Of a DNA stretch of 25,260 nucleotides, positions 16,183 to 24,230 are shown in pieces. The notes below the pieces were generated by a model. That model saw nothing but the letters and a program-made list of their open reading frames with translations. It was not told the DNA's origin and did no database searches. Origin of the DNA: a virus. Its lineage: Duplodnaviria; Heunggongvirae; Uroviricota; Caudoviricetes. The translations under genes and the position numbers were made by a program. The stretch spans positions 64,001-89,260 of the IMG/VR virus record IMGVR_UViG_3300023171_000010. One strand, written 5' to 3'. The first letter of the stretch is position 1. Every line of letters starts with the position of its first letter.

Positions 16183-16455
16183 ATGACTGCACTGAATAAA
16201 GAAGCACTCTACACCCGAGCTAAGGCTCTGTACAACGAAGTGGTAACTCTGGAACAAGACCTTGAAGCACTCGCTGATGAGTTTACTTTCCAGAAAGACG
16301 AGAATGTAAACGGTCTAAAGAAAGACATTGTCAAAGCAACTCTTAAGGCTGCTGAAACATATGTTCGTAATAACGTAGAGAAAGTAGAAGAGAAGATTGT
16401 TAAAGATCAGGAATTCTTGGAGTTTTATAAAGAGCTTTCTGGTGAGTATCAATAA
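16183..16455 (+). CDS. small helical protein, 90 aa, possibly DsbA/GapR-like dsDNA-binding protein
   Basis: Strong SD aggag; size and helical pattern resemble T4 DsbA, weak resemblance only. Confidence 0.6.
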   Translation: MTALNKEALYTRAKALYNEVVTLEQDLEALADEFTFQKDENVNGLKKDIVKATLKAAETYVRNNVEKVEEKIVKDQEFLEFYKELSGEYQ

Positions 16456-16464
16456 GATTTACTG

Positions 16465-16491
16465 AGGGGAGCTTTTTGCTCCCTTTTGTTT
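16465..16491 (+). terminator. intrinsic terminator (agGGGAGC-ttttt-GCTCCCtt followed by T-rich tract)
   Basis: 6-8-bp GC stem then TTTTGTTT. Confidence 0.75.
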
Positions 16492-16506
16492 AAGTGGGAG
16501 AACGGA

Positions 16507-17508
16507 GTGACAAAACTAACATCAATAATTGACCTAGATTACGTAAAGTATGCTTCTGCATCAGTTGGTGAAAAACGTTCTATCATCGTCACTCACAAAT
16601 CATCAGGCCGTGAGAAAGAATTCAATACACGAACTGAGTTCTACGGACGAGATAAAGCAAAGTCTGGTGGTTGGCTTGGTGAACTAAACTCTAAACGCGA
16701 TAGTCCTTTTTCTGTTGATGAGTTTGAGATTGTAGACCAGCAGATTGCAGAACCAATTGACCACGTATTGCAGATTGCAAAGACTCAAGTTGAAGGCGAT
16801 CTAAAGCGACTTGGTACAAAAAAATACAAAGCATTCTTGGGTAAAGGTGATAGCTTTCGTGTTGAACTGTCTACGCTTAAAAAGTACAAAGATAACAGAA
16901 AGGATATGTTACGCCCTCTTCATATGGATGCTGTGACAGAGTACCTTGAACGGAAGTTTAAAGCTGAGGTTGTGACAGACATTGAAGCAGATGACCGATG
17001 TGTGATTGAAGCTTACAATAATCCTAATGCTGTAATTCAGGGCCTTGACAAAGATTACTACGGACAGCCTGTCAAGTTCTTTAACGTCAACCGTCCAGAT
17101 GAAGGTACTCAAGATTGTAACCAGTTTGGAAGTTTGTGGTTAGACGATAAGGGTGATGTTCGGGGTATTGGCAGGATGCATCTGTATTGGCAGATGGCAA
17201 GCAACGACACCTCTGACAACTATGCAGCTAATTGCTTCTCAGACATTAAGTGGGCGGGGAAATCAGCCTACAAAAGCCTTGTAGAAGCTAAGACAGACAC
17301 TGAGGCATGGGAGAAGCTTAAAGGGATTTTCCAGTACCTTTATCCCGAAGAAAAGACTGTTTTAGGCTGGAGAAATGACCCTATCAACCTCACTTGGGAT
17401 TATGTTTTGAATGAGATGTTTGTGATGGCTCGGATGCTTAGGTTTGAAGGTGAGAACTTGAATGCTTATGATGTGATGGATAAATTGGGAGTTAGTTATG
17501 CAAATTGA
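16507..17508 (+). CDS. 5'-3' exonuclease (T7 gp6 / T5 D15-like), ~333 aa
   Basis: IIDLD, FLGKGDSFR, KYKDNR, EADD, DKD motifs; GTG 16507 with SD ggag. Confidence 0.9.
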   Translation: MTKLTSIIDLDYVKYASASVGEKRSIIVTHKSSGREKEFNTRTEFYGRDKAKSGGWLGELNSKRDSPFSVDEFEIVDQQIAEPIDHVLQIAKTQVEGDLKRLGTKKYKAFLGKGDSFRVELSTLKKYKDNRKDMLRPLHMDAVTEYLERKFKAEVVTDIEADDRCVIEAYNNPNAVIQGLDKDYYGQPVKFFNVNRPDEGTQDCNQFGSLWLDDKGDVRGIGRMHLYWQMASNDTSDNYAANCFSDIKWAGKSAYKSLVEAKTDTEAWEKLKGIFQYLYPEEKTVLGWRNDPINLTWDYVLNEMFVMARMLRFEGENLNAYDVMDKLGVSYAN

Positions 17509-17782
17509 AAAACTTGTAGAGATTCTTAACGAAATTAATTATCCCGTTCTTTTTGAAGTTGACCTAGAATCTATCTGGCAAATTGATGACGATAATATTT
17601 CTTGGAATAAAGATGGTAATAGGTTTGATCTAGAAAATGGAGAAGGTGAAACTTACTCTGGTTATCTTCCTGAAGGTTATACTGTTCAAGATAAATATGT
17701 AATCTGTAACGTTGATACACAATGTGGTCAATGGGTTACACATATCTTTTCAGCACTGAAAGAAGTGACGGCCCTTGAATGA
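17498..17782 (+). CDS. hypothetical acidic protein, 94 aa
   Basis: ORF overlapping both neighbours, SD ggag. Confidence 0.75.
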   Translation: MQIEKLVEILNEINYPVLFEVDLESIWQIDDDNISWNKDGNRFDLENGEGETYSGYLPEGYTVQDKYVICNVDTQCGQWVTHIFSALKEVTALE

Positions 17783-18378
17783 CACTCCCAACCCAAGCAG
17801 ACATTGATAAACGTAAAGCTAATCTTGAAAAATTCTTAAAAGAAATTGATCCGGTGACAGGGAAGTCACATGAGAAAAGTATGGTCAGTGTGGTACGTTC
17901 ATCTATCCGTAAGGCGTGGATGCGATCACCTACGAAGCTCGCTTATTTGTACATGAAAACAGAGCCTGATATGGACCCTAACACTCGCACAAAGTGGAGA
18001 GTCATGTGCGAGTGTTGTGGGGAGTATTTCAAGATTAACGAAGTTGAGTGTGACCACATTGAAGGGAACAATACGTTTACTAAAGTCTCAGACTTTCAAG
18101 CTTACTTTGACAGCATCTTGATGGTTGGATTTGATGGGTTGCAAATCTTGTGTTCTGAGAACTGTCACCCCACAAAGACCCTGGCAGAAAAGCTTGACAT
18201 ATCTTTTGAATCTGCTAAAATTGAACGTGAAGTAATTAAAATCTGTAAACTGAAAGCATCACAAATTGATTGTTGGCTAAAAGAGCGGAATGTTGTAGTC
18301 GCTAAGAATCCTAAAAGTAGACGTGATGCTGTTCGTAATGTTTTAGAACAGGAGAAATACAATGAGCAAGCTAAGTAA
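17779..18378 (+). CDS. Zn-binding HNH-type endonuclease, 199 aa
   Basis: CECCG...ECDHI...LQILC-x3-CH-x2-KT pattern. Confidence 0.8.
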   Translation: MTLPTQADIDKRKANLEKFLKEIDPVTGKSHEKSMVSVVRSSIRKAWMRSPTKLAYLYMKTEPDMDPNTRTKWRVMCECCGEYFKINEVECDHIEGNNTFTKVSDFQAYFDSILMVGFDGLQILCSENCHPTKTLAEKLDISFESAKIEREVIKICKLKASQIDCWLKERNVVVAKNPKSRRDAVRNVLEQEKYNEQAK

Positions 18379-18535
18379 AGAGACTATGTACACAGAGCTT
18401 AGTATTCAAATTGGTTCATTAACGGCTAAAGTTGATAAGATTTTAGAACTACTTCTTGAACAACAAAAGCCTTACACTATCACCCAGACAGTTAATATTC
18501 TTGATGATGAGAAGTTTCGGGAGGAGTTCAAATAA
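18362..18535 (+). CDS. hypothetical protein, 57 aa (MSKLSKETMYTELS...)
   Basis: Hand-translated; SD caggag. Confidence 0.75.
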   Translation: MSKLSKETMYTELSIQIGSLTAKVDKILELLLEQQKPYTITQTVNILDDEKFREEFK

Positions 18536-18672
18536 TGTCACTTAAAGATAACATTACTCTGTCAATGTCGTACTATGACGGACATTATCTGGTTATTAAT
18601 GCTCTGGTTCAATACTATACATTCTTCTATGTGTGGCTCACTTGTATTGACACTTCTGTGTTTGGGTTTTAG
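18535..18672 (+). CDS. hypothetical hydrophobic protein, 45 aa (MSLKDNITLS...)
   Basis: Hand-translated; TAATG coupling, SD gaggag. Confidence 0.55.
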   Translation: MSLKDNITLSMSYYDGHYLVINALVQYYTFFYVWLTCIDTSVFGF

Positions 18673-18674
18673 CT

Positions 18675-18845
18675 ATGACTACTAAACTTCCTTGTCTAGT
18701 TCATAGGATTAAGCTTCAAACTGTGATTGATTTTTGGACTGAAGACTATCAAAACGATGATTATGTTGTTAAAGATACAGCTATAGATTCTTTGACCAAT
18801 GAACTTGTAGTAGTCTTGGAGAGAAAAGAAGATGGGCGAGATTAG
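18675..18845 (+). CDS. hypothetical protein, 56 aa (MTTKLPCLVHRIKLQ...)
   Basis: Hand-translated; fills the gap and overlaps the next gene. Confidence 0.65.
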   Translation: MTTKLPCLVHRIKLQTVIDFWTEDYQNDDYVVKDTAIDSLTNELVVVLERKEDGRD

Positions 18846-19071
18846 AGAGTTATTTCCTAAGAAGGCTGTGCAAGCTGCTGCCTCTAACAGAGAACCACAG
18901 GAAATTATTACAGACTTCCATAATAAGCTTGATGAAGTGTTAGATGAGTTTAATACATTGTCTGTTAGAGATAAGTACGAAGTTGTAGAGAGTTTGACGA
19001 TTATGAATAAGGATCTGTTTAAGCTTTATATGGATCTACGTAAGCGTCATGAATTTCATTTGAATAATTGA
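18832..19071 (+). CDS. hypothetical protein, 79 aa
   Basis: ORF with SD ggag. Confidence 0.8.
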   Translation: MGEIRELFPKKAVQAAASNREPQEIITDFHNKLDEVLDEFNTLSVRDKYEVVESLTIMNKDLFKLYMDLRKRHEFHLNN

Positions 19072-19083
19072 GGGGTGATTGGT

Positions 19084-20013
19084 TTGAGTAATTGGAAAGA
19101 AGAAGCTTTGAAACTAAAAGAGCAAGGTTTGTCTAGTCGAACTATTGGACGAATTCTTGGTAAAGGTAAATCTACAATTAATGATTATTTGTCTACAGTA
19201 AAAAAGATGTTTGCTAATGATGAAGTGTCAAATGAAAATGTAAAATCGGGACCACGAGTCTTATTTATTGACATTGAAACTTCCAGTCTCAGCTTGGCAG
19301 GTTGGAGGTTGTTTGATCAAAACTTCTCCTTGAATCAGATTGAGCGTGACTGGTTTTTGTTAAGTTTTTGTGCAAAGTGGGGGGACTCGGACGAATTGTT
19401 TTACATGGACAAGCGTAATGCTGTAGACATGTATGATGATAAAGAAATTCTTAAAACAATCTGGACTTTGATGAACGAGGCTCACTATATTGTTGGTCAG
19501 AACAGTAAGCGATTTGATACCAAGAAAATTAACGCGAAATTCATTGAACATGGGTTTCCACCACCCTCACCATACCGTCAGATTGATACATTAGAGCAAT
19601 CCAAGCGTTCGTTTGCTTTCACCAGTCACAAACTTGAGTATATGACAGACCTTCTTTGTACTAAATACAAGAAGAGTACACATGGTAAGTTTGCTGGCTA
19701 TGAATTGTGGCGTCAATGTTTGTTAGGTAATATTGAAGCTTTTGAGGAAATTGAGGAATACAATAAGCTTGATGTTTTGTCCCTCCAAGAGTTGTACGAG
19801 AAATTGTGTGTTTGGGACACTAAACTTCCTAATTTCTCTGTTCATAACGATGAAGTGGAAGAACAAGATATTTGGGTCGAAGATGGTTTTGTATTCTCCA
19901 ACAGCGCCAAATATCAATGTTATCGTAATGTTCAAACAGGTCAGTTCCGTCGAGGTAAAACAAATCTATTGAGCAAAGAAAAACGCCAAAGCTTGTTAGC
20001 TAATATTGTATAG
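19084..20013 (+). CDS. HTH plus DnaQ/RNase H-like 3'-5' exonuclease domain protein, ~309 aa
   Basis: N-terminal HTH (GLSSRTIGRILGKGKSTINDY); DIETS, QNSKRFD, YNKLDV exonuclease motifs; TTG 19084 fits SD gagggg better than the track GTG 19075. Confidence 0.85.
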   Translation: MSNWKEEALKLKEQGLSSRTIGRILGKGKSTINDYLSTVKKMFANDEVSNENVKSGPRVLFIDIETSSLSLAGWRLFDQNFSLNQIERDWFLLSFCAKWGDSDELFYMDKRNAVDMYDDKEILKTIWTLMNEAHYIVGQNSKRFDTKKINAKFIEHGFPPPSPYRQIDTLEQSKRSFAFTSHKLEYMTDLLCTKYKKSTHGKFAGYELWRQCLLGNIEAFEEIEEYNKLDVLSLQELYEKLCVWDTKLPNFSVHNDEVEEQDIWVEDGFVFSNSAKYQCYRNVQTGQFRRGKTNLLSKEKRQSLLANIV

Positions 20014-20021
20014 AGGGTGAT

Positions 20022-20671
20022 ATGCCGGTAAGATCAAAACTAGAAGGACTTGCATTTGGACGATGGAACGTCCTGTCTTATGCGGGTTTGGTTGGTAAAA
20101 ATGCAAGTTGGAATTGCTTGTGTGCTTGTGGTACTGAACGTGCAGTGCTAGGATTTTTGTTGAAGAATGGAGACTCTACTTCCTGCGGTTGTTACTATGA
20201 AGATATTAAGAATCTCCCGAGAACGCATGGAATGAGTAATACACGCCCTCATCGTATTTGGGGTTCAATGAAAAATAGATGTAACTCTGATGATTTCAAA
20301 GATTATGGATCAAGGGGTATTACATATTGTGAATCTTGGGAGTCTTTTGAAGGGTTTTGGGCTGACATGCAAGAAGGTTATTCCGATAATCTGGAATTAG
20401 ACAGAATTGATGTTAATGGTACTTACTGTAAAGAAAATTGTCGGTGGGTTGATAAATCCACCGACAATACAATCGCAGGAAAAGCAACTTAAATACATCA
20501 GGATACACAGGAGTAAGTTATTACTTATCTAGGGATCAATGGGAAGCTTACATAACAGTTAATAAACAATTTATAAAGCTTGGATATTTCTCAACTGCTG
20601 AGTTAGCCTATAATGCAAGACAAGCGGCTGAGATGAAATACTTTGGATATCTAAAAGAAGGTAGAGAATAA
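20022..20671 (+). pseudogene. HNH-AP2 homing endonuclease split by a -1 frameshift at ~20460
   Basis: 20022-20492 has WxCxCxCG, SCGC, YGSRGI, LDRIDVNG-x-Y-x3-NCRW; -1 frame 20462-20671 encodes RQYNRRKSNLNTSGYTGV...KLGYFSTAELAYNARQAAE (AP2 domain). Confidence 0.85.
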
Positions 20672-20983
20672 ATGAGCATTCACAACCGAGTACACGAAGC
20701 ATATAAACATCAGATTGAAAGGGACTTTAAAGAGTCTAACCTTCCCCAAACTATCAACGGACTGTTAGACTTTCTTTGTGATGATGAAGAACGAGGAGAT
20801 TATCGAGTCTACCACTTGAATGATGTCTATGAAAAGACTACACTGAAGCAACGTCTTAACGTGTTGTGGCTAGTACCTTTTTGGTGGATTATTGCGCCAT
20901 TTAAGTGGGTGTTTACTGGAAAGGCTGGCGTAAGTCAACATAGTAAAGTTGGTAAATGGCTGGCTAAGATAACCGGATTGTAA
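20672..20983 (+). CDS. hypothetical protein, 103 aa, C-terminal hydrophobic segment
   Basis: ORF directly after upstream stop. Confidence 0.8.
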   Translation: MSIHNRVHEAYKHQIERDFKESNLPQTINGLLDFLCDDEERGDYRVYHLNDVYEKTTLKQRLNVLWLVPFWWIIAPFKWVFTGKAGVSQHSKVGKWLAKITGL

Positions 20984-20996
20984 AAGGAGATTTAAT

Positions 20997-21155
20997 TTGC
21001 CAATAGAAGCCGCGATAATTGGAGGAACCTTCTTTTTATATGTAACAGTGAAATGGAGCTTTTGTGTAATAAATAGATTATTATTGAGCTATTCTGTCCG
21101 TAAAAATGATAGGGAGTTCCTTCACAGACAAAGGGAATATTTCAGGGGTAAATAA
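20997..21155 (+). CDS. small membrane protein, 52 aa (MPIEAAIIGGTFFLYV...)
   Basis: Hand-translated; TTG with SD aaggag. Confidence 0.65.
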   Translation: MPIEAAIIGGTFFLYVTVKWSFCVINRLLLSYSVRKNDREFLHRQREYFRGK

Positions 21156-21326
21156 GTGGAAGACTCTCGCCTAAAGAATAGTGTATCACGGTTGGAAAAA
21201 GAAGTGGACATCCTCACAAAAGAGGTTTATACTTTAAACCAACAAATGAGTGGTATGCTCGACCAAATACAGAAATTGAAGAATATTGTTAAACAGACTG
21301 AGGAGAGGGTTGATGGAAGAAGCTAA
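21156..21326 (+). CDS. small coiled-coil protein, 56 aa (MEDSRLKNSVSRLEKEV...)
   Basis: Hand-translated; GTG directly after upstream TAA, heptad pattern. Confidence 0.7.
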   Translation: MEDSRLKNSVSRLEKEVDILTKEVYTLNQQMSGMLDQIQKLKNIVKQTEERVDGRS

Positions 21327-21741
21327 GAAGTTTCGTGTAAGAGATGATATTTTGGTAAGTTATTATCTAGAACCTATTTCAGATGATGATACTCATGTAG
21401 TTTGGTGGATCGAGGATGATGGTACAAGAGAGTCAACCAAGTATCGAGCAGAGACCATTGAGAAGCATTTTGCAGATGGTACATTCAAGTTTGTTGATGT
21501 AAAACCACAGGATATTCAAGGTATTCAAACATCAGCCCTAGATAAACAAGTAAGCGGCAATCACTATAAAGATTGTGGTATTCAACCAATTGAATATATT
21601 CATGCCAATGGTTTGAACTACTTTGAGGGAAATGCTGTAAAATACATCACACGTCATCGTAAAAAGAATGGTAAAGCTGATATTGAGAAGGCTATTCATT
21701 ACCTTGAACTTTTACTTGAGATGGAGTATAAAGAACAATGA
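21313..21741 (+). CDS. DUF3310 (T7 gp1.7-like nucleotide kinase) domain protein, 142 aa
   Basis: KQVSGNHY...IQPIEYI...YFEGNAVKY-x2-RH-x2-KNG-x2-DIEKAIHYL; ATG 21313 with SD gaggag. Confidence 0.85.
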   Translation: MEEAKKFRVRDDILVSYYLEPISDDDTHVVWWIEDDGTRESTKYRAETIEKHFADGTFKFVDVKPQDIQGIQTSALDKQVSGNHYKDCGIQPIEYIHANGLNYFEGNAVKYITRHRKKNGKADIEKAIHYLELLLEMEYKEQ

Positions 21742-22061
21742 TTTACTTAGCCTCTCCATACAGCTACAAAGCTGATGCAGAACTTATGCATCTTCGATAT
21801 GAACAAGCTCTTGCCAAGACAGCAGAGCTTACGCTACAAGGTTTGGCAGTGTTTAGCCCAATCGTGTCTAGTCACCAGCTGTCTTTGGCCCATGAGATGC
21901 CTACAACTTGGGACTTCTGGAAAACTGTAGATTACAAATTTCTAGACGCCTCTAGTGAATTATATGTTCTTATGCTAGACTGCTGGGACAAGAGTGCAGG
22001 AGTTACGGCAGAAATTGAATATGCAAAAGAGATTGGGTTGCCAATTACTTATATTGTTTAA
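21738..22061 (+). CDS. nucleoside 2-deoxyribosyltransferase-fold protein (DUF1937/DUF4406-like), 107 aa
   Basis: IYLASPYS start, VFSPI, W-x2-S-x-GV-x2-EIEYA signature. Confidence 0.75.
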   Translation: MIYLASPYSYKADAELMHLRYEQALAKTAELTLQGLAVFSPIVSSHQLSLAHEMPTTWDFWKTVDYKFLDASSELYVLMLDCWDKSAGVTAEIEYAKEIGLPITYIV

Positions 22062-22072
22062 GGAGAAAAGAA

Positions 22073-22204
22073 TTGAAGTTTGACAAAAATGATCTATACT
22101 TGATCAAGGATTATCTAGAGGGGTTGCTTGAAGAATATGTTCTAGATGATCCAGATACAATGAAACGTGCTATTGAAGTTATTGATAAACTGATTAAGGC
22201 TTGA
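22073..22204 (+). CDS. hypothetical protein, 43 aa (MKFDKNDLYLIKDY...)
   Basis: Hand-translated; TTG with SD aaggag. Confidence 0.65.
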   Translation: MKFDKNDLYLIKDYLEGLLEEYVLDDPDTMKRAIEVIDKLIKA

Positions 22205-22206
22205 AT

Positions 22207-22362
22207 ATGACTAAGCCCACAATGAACTGGAAGATTGACGTAAGAACAAAAGAATATTATAATGAATTAGTTGCTACAGGTTTAGCTTGGGAACTTTATA
22301 AAGATCTTCCCTTAACTTGGGAAGAGTGTTTGGAAGAATTGGAGGAGAGTGAGGATGAGTGA
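22207..22362 (+). CDS. hypothetical acidic protein, 51 aa (MTKPTMNWKIDVRTKEYY...)
   Basis: Hand-translated; overlaps thyX start. Confidence 0.65.
   Translation: MTKPTMNWKIDVRTKEYYNELVATGLAWELYKDLPLTWEECLEELEESEDE
22235..22263 (+). promoter_or_regulatory. near-consensus sigma70 promoter TTGACG-N17-TATAAT inside the small ORF upstream of thyX
   Basis: 5/6 -35, perfect -10, 17-nt spacer, ~90 nt before the thyX start. Confidence 0.7.
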
Positions 22363-22999
22363 GATTAAAGTTGAATTGCTGGACTATATGGGCGACGACC
22401 TTGCGGTGGTACAAGCAGCCCGTGTGAGTTTCGCTAAAGATGCAGAAAGCTTTGATGATAAACGTGATCCAAAGCTTATTGACTACTTAGCTAAACATGA
22501 TCACTGGACACCTTTTGCACACACAGCTTTGAAGTTTCGTGTAGCAGCCCCTGTTCCAATTCGTACACAGTGCTTTAAGCATAAGATTGGTATGGTAGAG
22601 AATGAAGAGAGTCGCCGGTATATCTCTACAATACCAGAGATTTTTATTCCTGAGTTCTTTCGCTCTAAACCAGAGGGAAGTATTAAACAAGGTAGTGGGG
22701 ATAAACACGAATGCTCAGACTATTGGCAGGAGCAGTACGAAATATCAACTAAACAAGCACTATCTACTTATTGGCGAATGCTGAATGATAATGTATGCCC
22801 TGAACAAGCTCGTTTTGTTCTGCCACAAGGCGCAATTGTTAATTGGATTTGGACAGGTAATCTGGCAAGCTTTGCTAACTTCTTTAATAAGCGCACTGAT
22901 CCAAATGCTCAGAAAGAAGTACAGATGGTTGCAGAGTTAGTCGGTAAAGAGGTTGAACGAATTTTCCCAGTTTCGTGGAAAGCATTGACGGAGAAATAA
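22355..22999 (+). CDS. thyX: flavin-dependent thymidylate synthase, 214 aa
   Basis: D-x2-VVQAARVSF, HWTPF, KHK-x5-NEESRRY, CPEQARFVLPQ, NAQKE. Confidence 0.95.
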   Translation: MSEIKVELLDYMGDDLAVVQAARVSFAKDAESFDDKRDPKLIDYLAKHDHWTPFAHTALKFRVAAPVPIRTQCFKHKIGMVENEESRRYISTIPEIFIPEFFRSKPEGSIKQGSGDKHECSDYWQEQYEISTKQALSTYWRMLNDNVCPEQARFVLPQGAIVNWIWTGNLASFANFFNKRTDPNAQKEVQMVAELVGKEVERIFPVSWKALTEK

Positions 23000-23000
23000 A

Positions 23001-23201
23001 ATGATTAATGTCCGAAATGATTATGATGTATCTGCCTGGATTGCAGACTTGATCAACATCCTAAAGAAGCGTGGATTCCTGATGAAAAAAGAAGACGCCT
23101 GGCTTGTTGTCCAAGAAAATATTGTAGAGTTTATTGAGTTGTACGAAGGTGGTAGTTCACCACAAGAAGCTTTTGAAGAATACTTGGGAGAAGATAAATG
23201 A
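23001..23201 (+). CDS. hypothetical protein, 66 aa
   Basis: ORF with SD ggag. Confidence 0.75.
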   Translation: MINVRNDYDVSAWIADLINILKKRGFLMKKEDAWLVVQENIVEFIELYEGGSSPQEAFEEYLGEDK

Positions 23202-23563
23202 GCGTAGGATTTAATTTGAGTTTGTCAGACTTGCTTCTCTGTGAAGGCTTTGCCCAAGCATTTGGTGAAGACAATAAAGAAGAGATTAGTAAATTTCTTT
23301 TTAATAATGGATTGGATGTGAGCATGGGAGTTGATGAGGTAGTTTGTAAGCATCGTAATCTTCGTGGCAATGTTGTAGACTGTCTGATGTACCAAGGCCA
23401 CGAACGCAGTGGTGAATGGTTAACTCAAGGTGCAGCGAGTTGGGAAGCTATTGTAGCAAGTTGTGACCTTAACCTACGTATTGACTTGTTGAACATGGGA
23501 GCACAAAGTAATAACACTGGGATGATTCTACAGCAGATGGAGAAACACAAGGGTGGAGCTTAG
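23198..23563 (+). CDS. hypothetical protein, 121 aa
   Basis: ATGA overlap, SD gggag. Confidence 0.8.
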   Translation: MSVGFNLSLSDLLLCEGFAQAFGEDNKEEISKFLFNNGLDVSMGVDEVVCKHRNLRGNVVDCLMYQGHERSGEWLTQGAASWEAIVASCDLNLRIDLLNMGAQSNNTGMILQQMEKHKGGA

Positions 23564-24218
23564 GAAAAGGAATAGGCTAGTATGGGGATGGGGTATTAAT
23601 GATGCTGATTACAATGTAGTTCTCACAGATGAGAATGGTAAACAGGTAATGTGCCCCATATATGCAAGCTGGAAAGATGTTTTACGGAGGACAAAATCAG
23701 AAGAGTTTAAACTGAAATTTCCCACCTATAAAGAAGCCACAGTAACAGACAATTGGAAGTATTTTTCAAATTTTAAGTTATGGATGTCTTCATTGATGTG
23801 GGAAGGGATGGACCTAGATAAAGACATATTATCGCCGGGGAACAAGCATTATTCCGAAGATAGTTGTGTCTTTGTACCACACGAGATAAATACTTTACTT
23901 AGGCTAGTTACAACAAACACAACTACACCTGTGGGTGTTGCCTACGACAAAAGAAGGTATAAAGGTAAGAATTTGATTAACCCTTTCTTTGCTAGAGTTA
24001 ACTGTTTCGGCGGAGGATATAAACATCTGGGTATGACATCTGATCCATTTGTAGCTCACAAGGCTTGGCAATGGGAGAAGTCCATACAAATTGAAAAAGC
24101 TGTGAGTTGGTATGCATTACAGGCTTGTTTTAGAAGTGATGTAGCTGAAGCTTTAACATCTAGAGTTTGGAAGCTTAGGCTGGATCACTCTACAAACAAA
24201 GAAACTAAATATTTATAA
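23553..24218 (+). CDS. free-standing homing-endonuclease-type protein (GWGIND...LDKDILSPGNKHYS family), 221 aa
   Basis: Same motif set as 15582..16163; sits immediately upstream of the RNR gene. Confidence 0.75.
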   Translation: MELRKRNRLVWGWGINDADYNVVLTDENGKQVMCPIYASWKDVLRRTKSEEFKLKFPTYKEATVTDNWKYFSNFKLWMSSLMWEGMDLDKDILSPGNKHYSEDSCVFVPHEINTLLRLVTTNTTTPVGVAYDKRRYKGKNLINPFFARVNCFGGGYKHLGMTSDPFVAHKAWQWEKSIQIEKAVSWYALQACFRSDVAEALTSRVWKLRLDHSTNKETKYL

Positions 24219-24230
24219 ATAAGGAGTTGT

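Noticed and set aside
20470-20492. Programmed -1 frameshift at GGA AAA in the split HNH gene
   Set aside because: Not an X XXY YYZ heptamer, and restoring the conserved spacing needs the shift earlier, at ~20460
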